From assembly GCA_963749155.1 (NCBI GenBank), contig CAVVLO010000002.1:224001-288000 (forward strand): a DNA stretch of 64,000 nt, read 5' to 3'. Each line of letters opens with the position of its first letter. Positions within the stretch are counted from its first letter, which is position 1. Source of the stretch: an uncultured Armatimonadia bacterium (lineage in GTDB: Bacteria; Armatimonadota; Zipacnadia; CAVVLO01). This document shows, piece by piece, positions 53,019 through 63,054 of the stretch. A program made the position numbers and the translations under genes. The notes beneath the pieces were generated by a model. That model saw nothing but the letters and a program-made list of their open reading frames with translations. It did not search any database and had not been told where the DNA came from.

Positions 53019-55462
53019 GGCTGGACCTCCGTAAGCTTGAGACAGGCATAGTGGCCAAGATTTCGGACCGTTATCCGCGCCCAGCCGTCCCTGCAGACGA
53101 CCTCGGCGGAAGTCTGGTCCTGCGGGGAGAGCGCCTTCACTGTGGCAGCGCTCCAGTCCTCGGGCAATCTGACCCTCACGGACAACTCTCCAATTGGCGA
53201 AAGCGCATCAGTTATGGGGTCCAGGTTGTAGTTCACCAGGTCGACGAAGCGCGCCTTGCCCTCCTCAGAGCGCCAAAGGGTCAGTCCGACACGCGGCGGC
53301 AGTCCGCCTGCGACCAGCACGGAAGGGCCAACCAGGTTCAGCAATTCCGGCAGGCGTTTCGGGCGGTCGTCCGAGGCCAGGTAAAAGTCGCGGCCGAGAT
53401 TGGCGGCCAGCCAGGTGACGGAACCCCCGCCCAGGCGCCTGACCCGCTTGTCAGTGCCATCTGAGCCGAGGTTGAAGAGCGTCTCCCCGAGCGACTTCTC
53501 GCGCGGCAGGAAACAACCGGAGGGGTCCTCTCGAGTGCCCAACGGGCCGGTCACGATAAGTTGGCCACCTGACGCTGTCCAGCGCTGGACTGCCTGCCCG
53601 GCCTTCTCGGAAAGTGCCGCCACGTGAGGCAGCACAAGCGCGCGCAGCCCTTTCAACTCGGTGTCGGTGAGCTTCCAGTCGGGGAGCATCCGATACGGCA
53701 GCGCGGCATCGGTGAGGGCCGTACCCCAGCCCAGTGCGCCGAATACCTGAGGCTGCTCATCCATATCCGGGAAGCCCCCAGGGGCCATCTCCAGCAACTG
53801 GTTGTCGGGGGAATAGACTACCGCAACATCGGCCAGCGGGCGCCGGATACCGAGTTCGGTGCGCGCGGAGTTGATGAACTTGTTCCACGCGCTGTGGATT
53901 GCCAAATCACCCGCCACGCGCGAGTTCTCCGGGTCTGCGAGCAGCAGTGTGCCGTTAGCGAAGGCCTCCGAGAGCAGCGTGTTCACGAGCCCTGGGCTGT
54001 CATTACGGGCCTGGTTCTCGCCTTCGAGGTAGTACCAGGCGGCGGCGAGTGGCCCCTGTTGGAGTTCCAGCGCCAGGCGATACATCGGGGCCATCTTGCC
54101 GGTCGGTGGCAGCATCACACCGCGTGTGCCAGTGCCCGGATGCCAGCCGGGAGAGAGCTCTGTGTTGCACATATCTACGTATTCGGGTCGTACCCAGCCC
54201 AGGCTGAAGAGCGGGATGTCATTACCGGCAATCAGGAAGTCCGGTTTACCGGCTTCGGCAGCCGCCTCGTGGATAACGTGGTAGAAAGCTGTCATATCTT
54301 CCTGGGCGCGCAGTTGGCGGAAGGCTTTGTAGGCGTTCCATACCGGTTCCTCCATCCAGCGCCGGTCATTCCAGACCGGACTGTTCAGGTCAGAAGGATC
54401 GGCTGCGCCAAATTCTTTCACTTTCGCCTTCAGGTAGTCGCGCACATCGAAGGCCGGTTACCTGTAAGCCAAGGCGCTGCCGAGTAGCGACTGGCAAGGC
54501 GCCGAGCCAGTCGCGGAAGCGCGCCACTGACCACTCACCGAAGGCCTTGCGCAGAGGGGGACTACCGAAGTTATCCCAGGGCGAATAGTTGTCGCACCAA
54601 ATGCCATCCACGCCCTGTTTGGCCAGATACAAGTGATTGACGCGCGCGCATATTCCAGCCAGAAAGGGGCGGAGAGGTCTTTGCCAAGCGACGCCACGCC
54701 ACAGTAGATTGGCTCTCCTTCAGGCACCCCCTCGACCCGCTGGACAGCGTCCTTCCCCGGATAAGCCGGCAGCAGGCCTTGAGCAAGCTCTGGATGGACC
54801 AGTTTGCCGTTCTCCCAGACGTTCACATCGGCCGGTGGGTCGTAGTTGGGCTCGATCTGCCCGTTGATATCTTTCGAGCAGCAAGCATCATACACCCGGG
54901 CGTTCAGCGGATAGGGCAGGTCGTCGCGATAGCCAAGGGCCGGCGCGCCATCGGGATAAGTTGGGACTGGAAGACCGACCGCCTCGCGACTGAAAGCCGG
55001 CATCGCGAAGTCTTCATCGTTCACCGAGTTGTGCGGCCCTACCCAACGCAAGGCATTGCCGTGCTCGAGGCTCGGGTGCGCCCAGTTCCAGTGAGAACGC
55101 AGTCCACTTGCGCAGGTGGGGTCATCGTCACGCATCACGAAGCTGCCGTCTTCTTTTTGCTGGAAGGCCAGCGCGTAGAGCATCACATCGCCGAAGCCCT
55201 CTATCCATGAGAAGTTGCGCGCGCCGGCTTCGCGGAACGGCTGAAAGCGCTTTTCATGATCGAGTTCGGCCAGGCGCTGGGCATAACGACCCCAGGTCGG
55301 GTCGATTGCCATCCCCGTCATCGCCAGGCGCGCGTGGCTGTCCGTGAAAAGCTGCCAGTCGGACGTCGCGATGAAGGTGGGGTAGTCCCACCACCAGGGC
55401 GCCGCGAAGCCGGTTGTTGCAATGATTAGCAGCAGTGCCAGCAGCAGGCTAGTCCGCAGCAT
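53015..55462 (-). CDS. Secreted GH-like protein with a GH42-trimerisation-like C-terminus (frameshifts at ~54631 and ~54456)
   Basis: ORFs 54458-55630, 54390-54632 (GVDGIWCDNYSPWD) and 53015-54445 (ADVAVVYS, LVLPHVAALS..GGQLIVTG) join. Start at MLRTSLLL. Confidence 0.5.
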
Positions 55463-58233
55463 TGGCCCTCCAGAGGCGGATATTAGACCACTCCGAGGAA
55501 GCGGAACCCTCAGGCGGTTCGACATCCGCGAAGAGCAAGTGGCAGGAGTCCAGCGCGTCCATCGACTGCGCGCCACTGTCCCAGATGGGCAAGGCATACT
55601 CGCCAGCTTCAAGCGGAGAGACCGTGACACGGAAAGTCGTTCGTCCGACAGTAAGCCGCACTCGCCAGGGCTTGCCGGCTTCGACCTCGCCGCTCATACC
55701 TTTAAGTTGCCACGGTTGGTCGAGGCCTGGCTCCGACTTGCGGGTGTAGGTGGCGAAGTGGCCCCCAGTGCCGTAGAAGGACCAGCGATAGGTCAGCTTG
55801 CCTTCCTCATCGGCTGCTACTGCTATCTGGCTGTCGATGCCGAACTTGACGGGATTTACCGTGAACTCGACCAACAGCGGACGCGTATTATCCAGCTCGA
55901 AGCTTTGCCGCGTCGCGATACCGGAGTAGTTATCCCATCCGCCAGTAGCACTGGTATGAAGCTTGCCGTCTGCGACTTTCACTTCTCCCCTTACTAGCCA
56001 ACGAGATTCGTCGAGAGAGAGGAAGTCCTCGGAAAGGAGTAGCTCTCGCTTGCCCTCCGCACCCGCCTGGGCGAGCGTCCTCATATAACTCGCCAGCGAC
56101 TCTGTGTCGCGTTCCAGCGCGTCGAAGGCAAGCGGGTCGCCCTTCTGGTAGAGATAGCGAGTCTTACGATCGAGCCGTTCAAGTCGAACAAGTTGGTCGT
56201 CCCAAAGGCTGGCCAGGAAGAGGGCCCTCTCGCGTCGCACCTCGGGCGTCATCGAGGTGGCTTGCATCGTGAACTGAGCGGTGTCCAGCAGTGCCAGTTG
56301 GCGCAGCAGATGGGCTTCGATCTTCTGCTGGGCGATGCGCAGATCGACCAGGCGCTGTTCGTTGCCGACCTGCCCCTTGAGCCGGTCCAGGTCGAAGCCG
56401 AGGGCTTCGACGGCGATGCGGTCGTCCTGGGCTCTCTTGCGCAGGGCTTCGGCCTCTGGGGAGGGCGCGCCGTCCGGGCCGAAGAGCTTGGCCGCCTGAC
56501 TGGTCGCTGTGAAGAGGCTGTTGCCGATATAACCTGCCTCCTGGGTGTCGTAGATGCCCACGACATCGTGCAAGGTCTGGTTGGCCAGTTCGAGGTCGCT
56601 CTTGATGGCGTCCAGCTTGTTCCAGAGAGTCGCAAGAGAGGTCGCGCTGGCATCGGTTGGGGCATCATAATAATGTTGCACGAAAGCTTTCGTGAAGGCT
56701 GCCTGGTAAGTCGGCAGGTTGCGTTCAGGATGACTCCAGTTGCACTGGGAGTTCAGCGCGAAGCCCCACCACAGGCTGTCAAAAGCGCGCAGGCGATGCT
56801 TGGAGAAAGACGCCGTCGCCGTGCCGAGGAACTCCTGCTCTGGCCAGGCCTTGCGCGCCTTATCGGCCGCCTGCATCAACTCGGCGATGTTGCGCCCGTT
56901 GGTCTGATCCATCGGCGGCCAGATTTTTTTGGGCGTCTCCGGCGAGAGGTCAACGAAGTAGAAGGTATGGTTGTAGATGCCCGTGACGCCCATAACATCG
57001 TAGCCCCGCTGCATCAGGCCTTCAATGCCGGCATAATCCTGCCAATACTTCCAGAAGCCGATAACGGTATCCTTGGAGATGCGTTCGATTCCTACCCAGT
57101 CAGTTGCCGGACCATACATATAGAACTCATCGCCCCAGATGAGAGGCCTGACCGGCCGGTCCAGTTCGACGGCAAGTTCCTCCACTGCCTGGATGCACTT
57201 CTCGGCGTGGCCAATCAACAAATCGCGCAAGGTCTCGCCTGCATCCAGCCTGGCCTGACACTTGGGGCAATAACGCTTCTGCCACTGCATATCTATCTCG
57301 CTGCAGCCCACCCCCAGCACCGGCGCCTCGTCGAACCATTCCAGCAGGTCGCGATACAGGCCCTTGATAAAGGGATAGATCTCCGGCGTGGAGGGGCACA
57401 TCTGGCCCGGAGCTGTAGGCTCTCTGTAGGGGATACCTTCATCACACAGCCACACCAGTTCGTAAGCCTGGGCCAAAGTCTGCAGCGACGGGATGAGTGT
57501 CACATGCCATTTGTGCGCCGCCGCAACGACATCGCGAGCTTCTTCCTCGGTCAGAGTGCTCTCATCGGCGCAGGCGGGGAAGGACTTGTAAGGGAAGACG
57601 TTGTAAACTTCGAATCCTATGTAGTTGAGTTTTAACCGAGCCGTCTGCTCGATCTGTTCTAGCAGATAATCGTGACTTACGATGTGGCCGAAGCGCTCCT
57701 GCCCGCCCTCGATGTAGAAGCCCCGGTGGCGGAACTCTGGCCAGTCCACGATTGTGAGAGCCGGCAGCTTGTGCTCGCTGGCGCACACCCGGACGAGTTG
57801 GTCCAGAGTCATAGCTGCGTAAAGCAAGCCGCGCGGCGTGGCCGCCCTGGCTGCGATTCCCTCCGAGGTGATCCGTAGCGCGTAAGCCTCGCCGAAACCT
57901 TCCTCCGGCAACGCAGGCAACTGGCCAGGTTTGCCCAGTTGGAAGGTCAATTCTGCGGTGTCGGTGCGCTGGTTTACCTTTATCTCAGCAGCCAGGACAG
58001 CCTCTTCCAGCAGCTGCCGGCAGGCGGCGTTTGCGTCACCAGAGGGTAGAACCAGCGCTAGTTCGGCAGAAGCGCGTCTTCAGTGCGCCTTCCTCGAGTG
58101 TGAGTCGTTGGGGTTCAGGCAGCAGGCGCGCGGCAAGCTGATCAGCAGTCATTGCAAAGCCCTCCAGGGCAAAAACGGTAACGAGCAACGCCAGGATTAG
58201 CGCCCAGGCGCAAAGCAACTTGGAAGAGTTCAT
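55449..58233 (-). CDS. GH20 beta-N-acetylhexosaminidase-like protein (1-nt insertion at ~58074)
   Basis: LLPEPQ in ORF 58036-58380; EAYALRI, GLLYAAMTL, IVDWPEFRHRG, IPSLQTL, LIWGD in ORF 55449-57950. Confidence 0.75.
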
Positions 58234-58309
58234 CTGGCTCCACCTCTGGCAGCTTTCTGCTGCCGGCCGCAAGTTCGCGCAGGGTCGGTTACTTCCTGCA
58301 GCTAGCGCG

Positions 58310-59425
58310 CTACTGACCACCTTTGCTGACAAGTGTTCGCAGGCGGCACTGAGAGCTGACCGGCGCCCCAGCCAGCACATCCTCCTCAGTAAAGGTCGCC
58401 ATCAGAATTTCGCGCTCGCCCGTGCGAGAGTAATCGTAGATGATATATTGCGTGCCATCGGCAGTCTCGATGCCATCAGGATAGGAAACGCCACCTCGCT
58501 CATCCAGCACCAGCCCGCCTCGCCAGGTTCTTCCATCATCGCCGGAGAGGAAGGCAGTGAGGTGAGAGCGGTCCTTCCCGTTGGGCGGGTTATGCTTCAC
58601 CAGCAGCAGTCGGCCCGAGGCCAGCCGCCGGATGAAGAGCCTCGCGCCGCCGTTTGAGATATGCGTCACCGTGGCTGAGGGGCCCTCACCTGTCCAGGTC
58701 ACGCCGCCATCGTTTGAAAAGGCCTCACCCGCGCCATACCTCGTGCGCACGAGCATCCAGAGGCTCCCATCGCGTCGCTCAACGACCATATGCTCATCGA
58801 AGACGCTCTCCGGCACCCGCGCCCGGCCAAGCTGGTAGAAGCTCTTGCCGCCATCATCGGTCGCTACGACCCAGGCGCCGTGGCTCTCGGAGTTGTCTAC
58901 CGCAAAGTCTTGTGAGATTAACTGAGAGGGGGCGCCCTTCCACACCGCGGCCGGCAGCAGCCACCGGCCTGTCGAAAGCACCGTTGGCTTGCACATCATC
59001 ACCCCGTCGCAGAGCCGGCGCGGCTCGGACCACCTGGCGTCCGCTTTGTCGCTCTCCTCGGTTGTGATTGCCCACACGCCCGCCCTGCCGTCCCACCAGC
59101 TTGCGCCCTGCGCCCAGAACAGCCACAGCTTGCCTTCAGGGTCGTGCCAGAGGCAGGGGTCATAGGCCCGGATGTTTTCAGAGGGATTGATAATCAAAAC
59201 CGGCTCCGTCCAGGTGGCGCCGTCATCGCCGCTGGTGGCGAGGGTGACGTAATTCTCGGGGCCTTCGGTCTCCCCGCCCGCATACCAGGTCGCCCAGAGC
59301 CGCCCGTTGGGGGCGCGCTCGATTCCGGGGATACCCTGAAACGGTCTGGTTGAAGCGGCGTATTCCGGCCCTGGCTGGGCATATATTGCCGGGGGCTCAA
59401 GGGCAAGGGCGAGTGGCACTAGCAT
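58310..59425 (-). CDS. BNR/Asp-box sialidase-like protein (GH33-like)
   Basis: FQGIP; Asp boxes SGDDGATW, TDDGGKSF, SNDGGVTW, SGDDGRTW; VSYPD. Start at MLVPL with RBS GGAGG. Confidence 0.85.
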   Translation of the reverse strand: MLVPLALALEPPAIYAQPGPEYAASTRPFQGIPGIERAPNGRLWATWYAGGETEGPENYVTLATSGDDGATWTEPVLIINPSENIRAYDPCLWHDPEGKLWLFWAQGASWWDGRAGVWAITTEESDKADARWSEPRRLCDGVMMCKPTVLSTGRWLLPAAVWKGAPSQLISQDFAVDNSESHGAWVVATDDGGKSFYQLGRARVPESVFDEHMVVERRDGSLWMLVRTRYGAGEAFSNDGGVTWTGEGPSATVTHISNGGARLFIRRLASGRLLLVKHNPPNGKDRSHLTAFLSGDDGRTWRGGLVLDERGGVSYPDGIETADGTQYIIYDYSRTGEREILMATFTEEDVLAGAPVSSQCRLRTLVSKGGQ

Positions 59426-59527
59426 CTGACAGGCCTCCGTATGAGTAGTCTGGCACGGGAGAAGGTTTCTGGCTCTGGCAGGGCGCTTCCTGCCGTTAAC
59501 AAAGCGTTGTGACGTATAATCTCCCCG

Positions 59528-60220
59528 ATGGAACAAAGTCACATTGGCACGCTAGGCGAGGGCCCGCTGCACGCGGCGCTGAAGGAGTGGTACGCCCAGC
59601 CGGGCGACCTCTGGGAGGCGCCGGTGGACGGCTATCATATCGATCTGGTGCGCGGCGAGTTGCTGATAGAGATCCAGACTGGCAACTTCTCGAGCGCCCG
59701 GCGCAAGCTGGAGAAGCTGACTCTGACCCATCCAGTGCGCCTCGTCTACCCCATCCCGCTGGAGAAGTACATCCTGAGGCTTGGGGAGGGGGGCGAGGTG
59801 CTCGGGCGCAGGCGCTCGCCCAAGCGGGGAGAACCCCTCGACGTCTTCTGGGAACTCGTCCGGCTGCCTGGATTGCTCTCTCGCGAGGGCTTCAGCCTCG
59901 AGCTGGTGCTGATTGAAGAGGAAGAAGTGCGGGTGCAGGATCCAAAACGCGGCTGGCGGCGTGGACACTGGGTCATCCACGAACGCAGGCTGCTCGAGAT
60001 CATCGACGGGCTGGAGTTCTCCTGCCCGGCTGAGCTCCTGACCCTCCTGCCCGAAGGCCTGCCGGAGCCTTTCACCACAGCGGAACTCTCCACCGCCCTC
60101 GGGAAGAGCCGGCGGTTCGCCCAGGCGATGGCCTACAGCCTCACCGCCGAAGGCGCCCTCACCCGCGTCGGGAAGAAAGGAAGGGCGTGGGAGTATGGGA
60201 GGGATGCACCTGAAGAGTAA
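59528..60220 (+). CDS. PD-(D/E)xK-superfamily nuclease-like conserved protein
   Basis: LHAALKEWY..GYHIDLV..LIEIQT resembles a CoiA-like PD-ExQ motif; C-terminal wHTH-like segment FTTAELS..AQAMAYSL. Confidence 0.55.
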   Translation: MEQSHIGTLGEGPLHAALKEWYAQPGDLWEAPVDGYHIDLVRGELLIEIQTGNFSSARRKLEKLTLTHPVRLVYPIPLEKYILRLGEGGEVLGRRRSPKRGEPLDVFWELVRLPGLLSREGFSLELVLIEEEEVRVQDPKRGWRRGHWVIHERRLLEIIDGLEFSCPAELLTLLPEGLPEPFTTAELSTALGKSRRFAQAMAYSLTAEGALTRVGKKGRAWEYGRDAPEE

Positions 60221-60232
60221 TTGTATACGCAC

Positions 60233-60261
60233 TTTACACTTCGCAGAATTCGTGGTACATT
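60233..60261 (+). promoter_or_regulatory. Sigma70 promoter of the small RNA
   Basis: TTTACA(60233-60238)-N17-TACATT(60256-60261) with an extended -10 TG. No plausible plus-strand CDS downstream. Confidence 0.7.
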
Positions 60262-60267
60262 ATCTGT

Positions 60268-60334
60268 AGCTCATCTGCCATGTGTAGAAGGAGTAGCGGT
60301 GCCGTCCTATGGGGCGTCGCCGCCTTTTCGTTTT
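60268..60334 (+). ncRNA. Putative DUF3800-associated small structured RNA
   Basis: Hairpin 1: GCTC-A-TCTGC[CATGT]GTAGA-AG-GAGT. Hairpin 2: GCGGTG-C-CGTCC[TATG]GGGCG-T-CGCCGC, followed by TTTTCGTTTT. Four G-U pairs form only on the plus strand. Located immediately 3' of, and convergent to, a DUF3800 operon. Confidence 0.7.
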
Positions 60335-60818
60335 AGTGTCCCCAGAAGGCACTGTGTTCTTTCGCCAGCTTCTCCCTTCTGTGCCCCCTTTCAACGCAGT
60401 AGGCTGTCACCAGCAAATAACACCGCCCGCTCATGGCGAGCACAACCACATAGCTGAAGTCACTCAGGGCGACCAGCACACGTTCTCGACCCTTCCGCTT
60501 CACCTTCCACCACACGACACGGTCTGATGCAGTTTCTCTAAGTACTGGCACGAGCCAGGCTATCCGCTCGCAACGACGCAGGTCTGGGATACGCGAGTTC
60601 TCCGTGCCCTCTGACGTGACGTGCCAGAAACTGCGCAGGCGTCCGTCCTCTTCGGTCGGATCTACAGTGACCACTCGACCAAGACATAGTGGGGCTGGGG
60701 GCAAGAAGGCTTCGACGAACACTCTATACACGGCTTCGATGTATGTGTCCCATACACCACCATACTCCTGGAACGTGATCAGGTCGGGCAGCCAAGAGAC
60801 ATCGCAGGAGTGCTGCAC
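60333..60818 (-). CDS. Phage P1 RlfB-like small protein, possible BECR/RelE-fold RNase
   Basis: WLPDLI..WDTYIEAVY..FWHVTSEG..RIPDLRRCERIAW..YVVVL..YLLVTAY matches my recollection of the family annotated as phage P1-related protein. Starts 2 nt after the DUF3800 stop. Confidence 0.6.
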   Translation of the reverse strand: MQHSCDVSWLPDLITFQEYGGVWDTYIEAVYRVFVEAFLPPAPLCLGRVVTVDPTEEDGRLRSFWHVTSEGTENSRIPDLRRCERIAWLVPVLRETASDRVVWWKVKRKGRERVLVALSDFSYVVVLAMSGRCYLLVTAYCVERGHRREKLAKEHSAFWGH

Positions 60819-60820
60819 AG

Positions 60821-61526
60821 CTACTTGGCCTCCCAGACGAATATGTTCACCTTAGTTGCGCTCAGGGGCGTGCTACTGCAGAGCTCCCACCCAAGAGCAT
60901 CACTAAGGCTGCGGGCTAGTCCTGTCTTCGTCGCACTGGTGTGCAGGTGTCGGTTGGCATAACTGATGATCCCCGTAAGCAGGTCTGTTAGCTGTATCAG
61001 CTCCGATTCATGCGAGCGCACCATCTGCAGGCAACGCACGATGGTGCTGGTGCTCCGATGCTCGCCAAGGCTGGCTGACAGTATCTCTCGAAGCTTGGCA
61101 GCTTTACCGCTGCTACGCGTATCTTTCACATCAAGATACACGCTGTAGTGGTCCGAGGGATTCATAAAGAATCTGAGCACCTCGAAGTACATCTTGTAAT
61201 AGAAAGTGTCATGGTCTTGGTCGAAGTCCTGGTGTCTCAGTAACTTCTTATCTGGCACGACGAACCGCGCGGAAACGCAGGTCGGCACTGGAGAGGAAGT
61301 AGTCGAGGACGGCGTGGTACAGATCCTGGCGACCAGGCGAAACCTTCGTCCACTTGAGCTCCAGGTGCGGATCAAGGCCGTATTCGGTCTTGAGCTGGCG
61401 GAGGGCTCGCGAGTGCTTTTGAATAGCCGACTTGGGGCAACATAAACCCCCAAGCGTCATCGCGCGCTGTCCATCGTGCTCAAGGTGACAGCTCTCGTCA
61501 CAATATATGTTGTACTCAGTGGGCAT
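60821..61526 (-). CDS. DUF3800-domain protein (P1 RlfA-like; 1-nt insertion at ~61263)
   Basis: YNIYCDESCHL and ELKWTKVS (ORF 61248-61526) plus FYYKMYF, VYLDVKDT and RSHESELIQLTDLLTG (ORF 60821-61453). Removing one T restores FRAVVVPDK, giving ~234 aa. Confidence 0.85.
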
Positions 61527-61558
61527 CGCTGGGCTCCCCGGAAGTTGCTTCAGTTATT

Positions 61559-61567
61559 AGTATACCA
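61559..61567 (-). promoter_or_regulatory. Extended -10 promoter of the DUF3800 operon
   Basis: TGGTATACT on the minus strand about 33 nt upstream of the ATG; the -35 is weak. Confidence 0.5.
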
Positions 61568-61670
61568 ACCTGCACCTACACTGGTCATCGTCTCAAGTAG
61601 TGGATTTGCAACAGCCAAATGTAAAGCCTTTCTACCGCGTTTGGCGCGCGCCCCTGCGAGTGCCAGATAC

Positions 61671-63054
61671 TCAGAACACCCCCACCTCCTCTAGCGCTGG
61701 ACAGACGGGCCCGGAGAGGCGGAGGCGCAGGCGGGGAGTGGTGACGGGCTTCTCTAGACGTATCAGTCGCTGGGAGCCGAGGCTCTGGCCTTCCGCAAGC
61801 TGCCGCCAGGAGCCCCCTTCCCAGGCATCGAGGGCGAACTGCTTCCACCCGCTGGCCGAGGGGCAGATGCTCCCGCAGGCGGATTACGCGCGCTTCCACC
61901 GGCCGCTCGAAGTCCAGCACCAACTCGGCCGAGGTCACCCCATCATCAGTGCTCCAGTAAGTCTCCGATGAGCCGTCCAGCACCTTCTCCGCCGCGAAAT
62001 CGTCTGAGCCTCCGCGCGTGTTGCTCGCTGTCAGTTTCGCCCCCTGGGCCAGGTCGGTTGCGAAAGTCTCGTCCAGCGCCTTACGCCAGCCGCGCAGGCT
62101 TTGGGCATCGGCCTCGTGGATGAGCCCGCGCCTGTCGGGGGGCAGGTTGAGCAGCAGGTTGCAGCCGCGCCCCACCGAGGCGTAGTAGATGTCCAGAAGC
62201 TGCTCGGGTGTCTTCACTCGGGCGTCTTCGGAGGCGTGGTAGAACCAGCCGGGCCGGATGGAGACGTCCACTTCCGCCGGAAGCCAGTCGGTGCCCGGGC
62301 GGTCGCCATGCTGCAGGCGCGAGAGGTCGGCGTGGCCGGGGTAGAAGTCGGCGGGATTGAGCGTCGCCCAGCACGGGTCGCCTGCCCAGCCCTCCTCATT
62401 GCCCACCCAGCGGATGTCTGGCCCGCCATCGCCGAACATACAGGCATCAGGCTGCAGCCTGCGGACAAGCTGCCGCACCTGGTCCCACTCGTAGTAGGTG
62501 CTGGCATCTATCTGACGCTGCTCGCGGGCGCCGCCGTAATAGCCATCTCCGCCGTTGGCGCCATCGAACCAGACCTCGAAGAGGGGTCCATAGTCGGAGC
62601 AGAGTTCTTCGAGCTGGCTCAGATAGTACGCGACGTAATATTGCGAAGCGTAATATTTGTGGTTGCGGTCCCAGGGCGAGAGATAGACGCCGAAGCGGAG
62701 CCCCGCGCGGGCGCAGGCCTCGGACACCTCGCGGACGACATCGCCCTTGCCGCCGCGGAAGGGACTGGCCTTCACGGAGTGGTCAGTATAGCGACTCGGC
62801 CAGAGGCAGAAGCCATCGTGATGCTTGGCGGTGAGGATAAGCCCCTTCAGCCCTGCGTCCCTCGCCGTCTCGGCGATCTGGTCGGCATCGAAGGCGGTCG
62901 GGTTGAAGACTTCGGGCGACTCGTCGCCATAGCCCCATTCCTTGTCGGTGAAGGTATTGGTGGTGAAGTGGACGAAGGCAGTGGTCTCGAGTCGGTGCCA
63001 GGCGAGTTGGCGGGCAGAGGGCGTGGGACCATAAGGCAGGGGCGGGTTGGACAT
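61671..63054 (-). CDS. Alpha-L-fucosidase (GH29) with a C-terminal F5/8-like domain (1-nt insertion at ~61841)
   Basis: FVHF, LTAKHHDGFCLWPS, YLSPWD, EVWFDGA, RWVGNE, DVSIRPGWFYH. The corrected frame ends ...PALEEVGVF-TGA at 61671. Start at MSNPP. Confidence 0.9.

Noticed and set aside
60221..60527. Small plus-strand ORFs 60221-60457 and 60309-60527 downstream of the sRNA promoter
   Set aside because: No RBS, they cross a terminator-like hairpin, and they overlap the RlfB-like gene antisense. The ncRNA interpretation fits better.
61248..61290. Programmed frameshift in the DUF3800 gene
   Set aside because: No slippery heptamer or stimulatory structure. It has the same single-insertion signature as about 16 other genes in the window.
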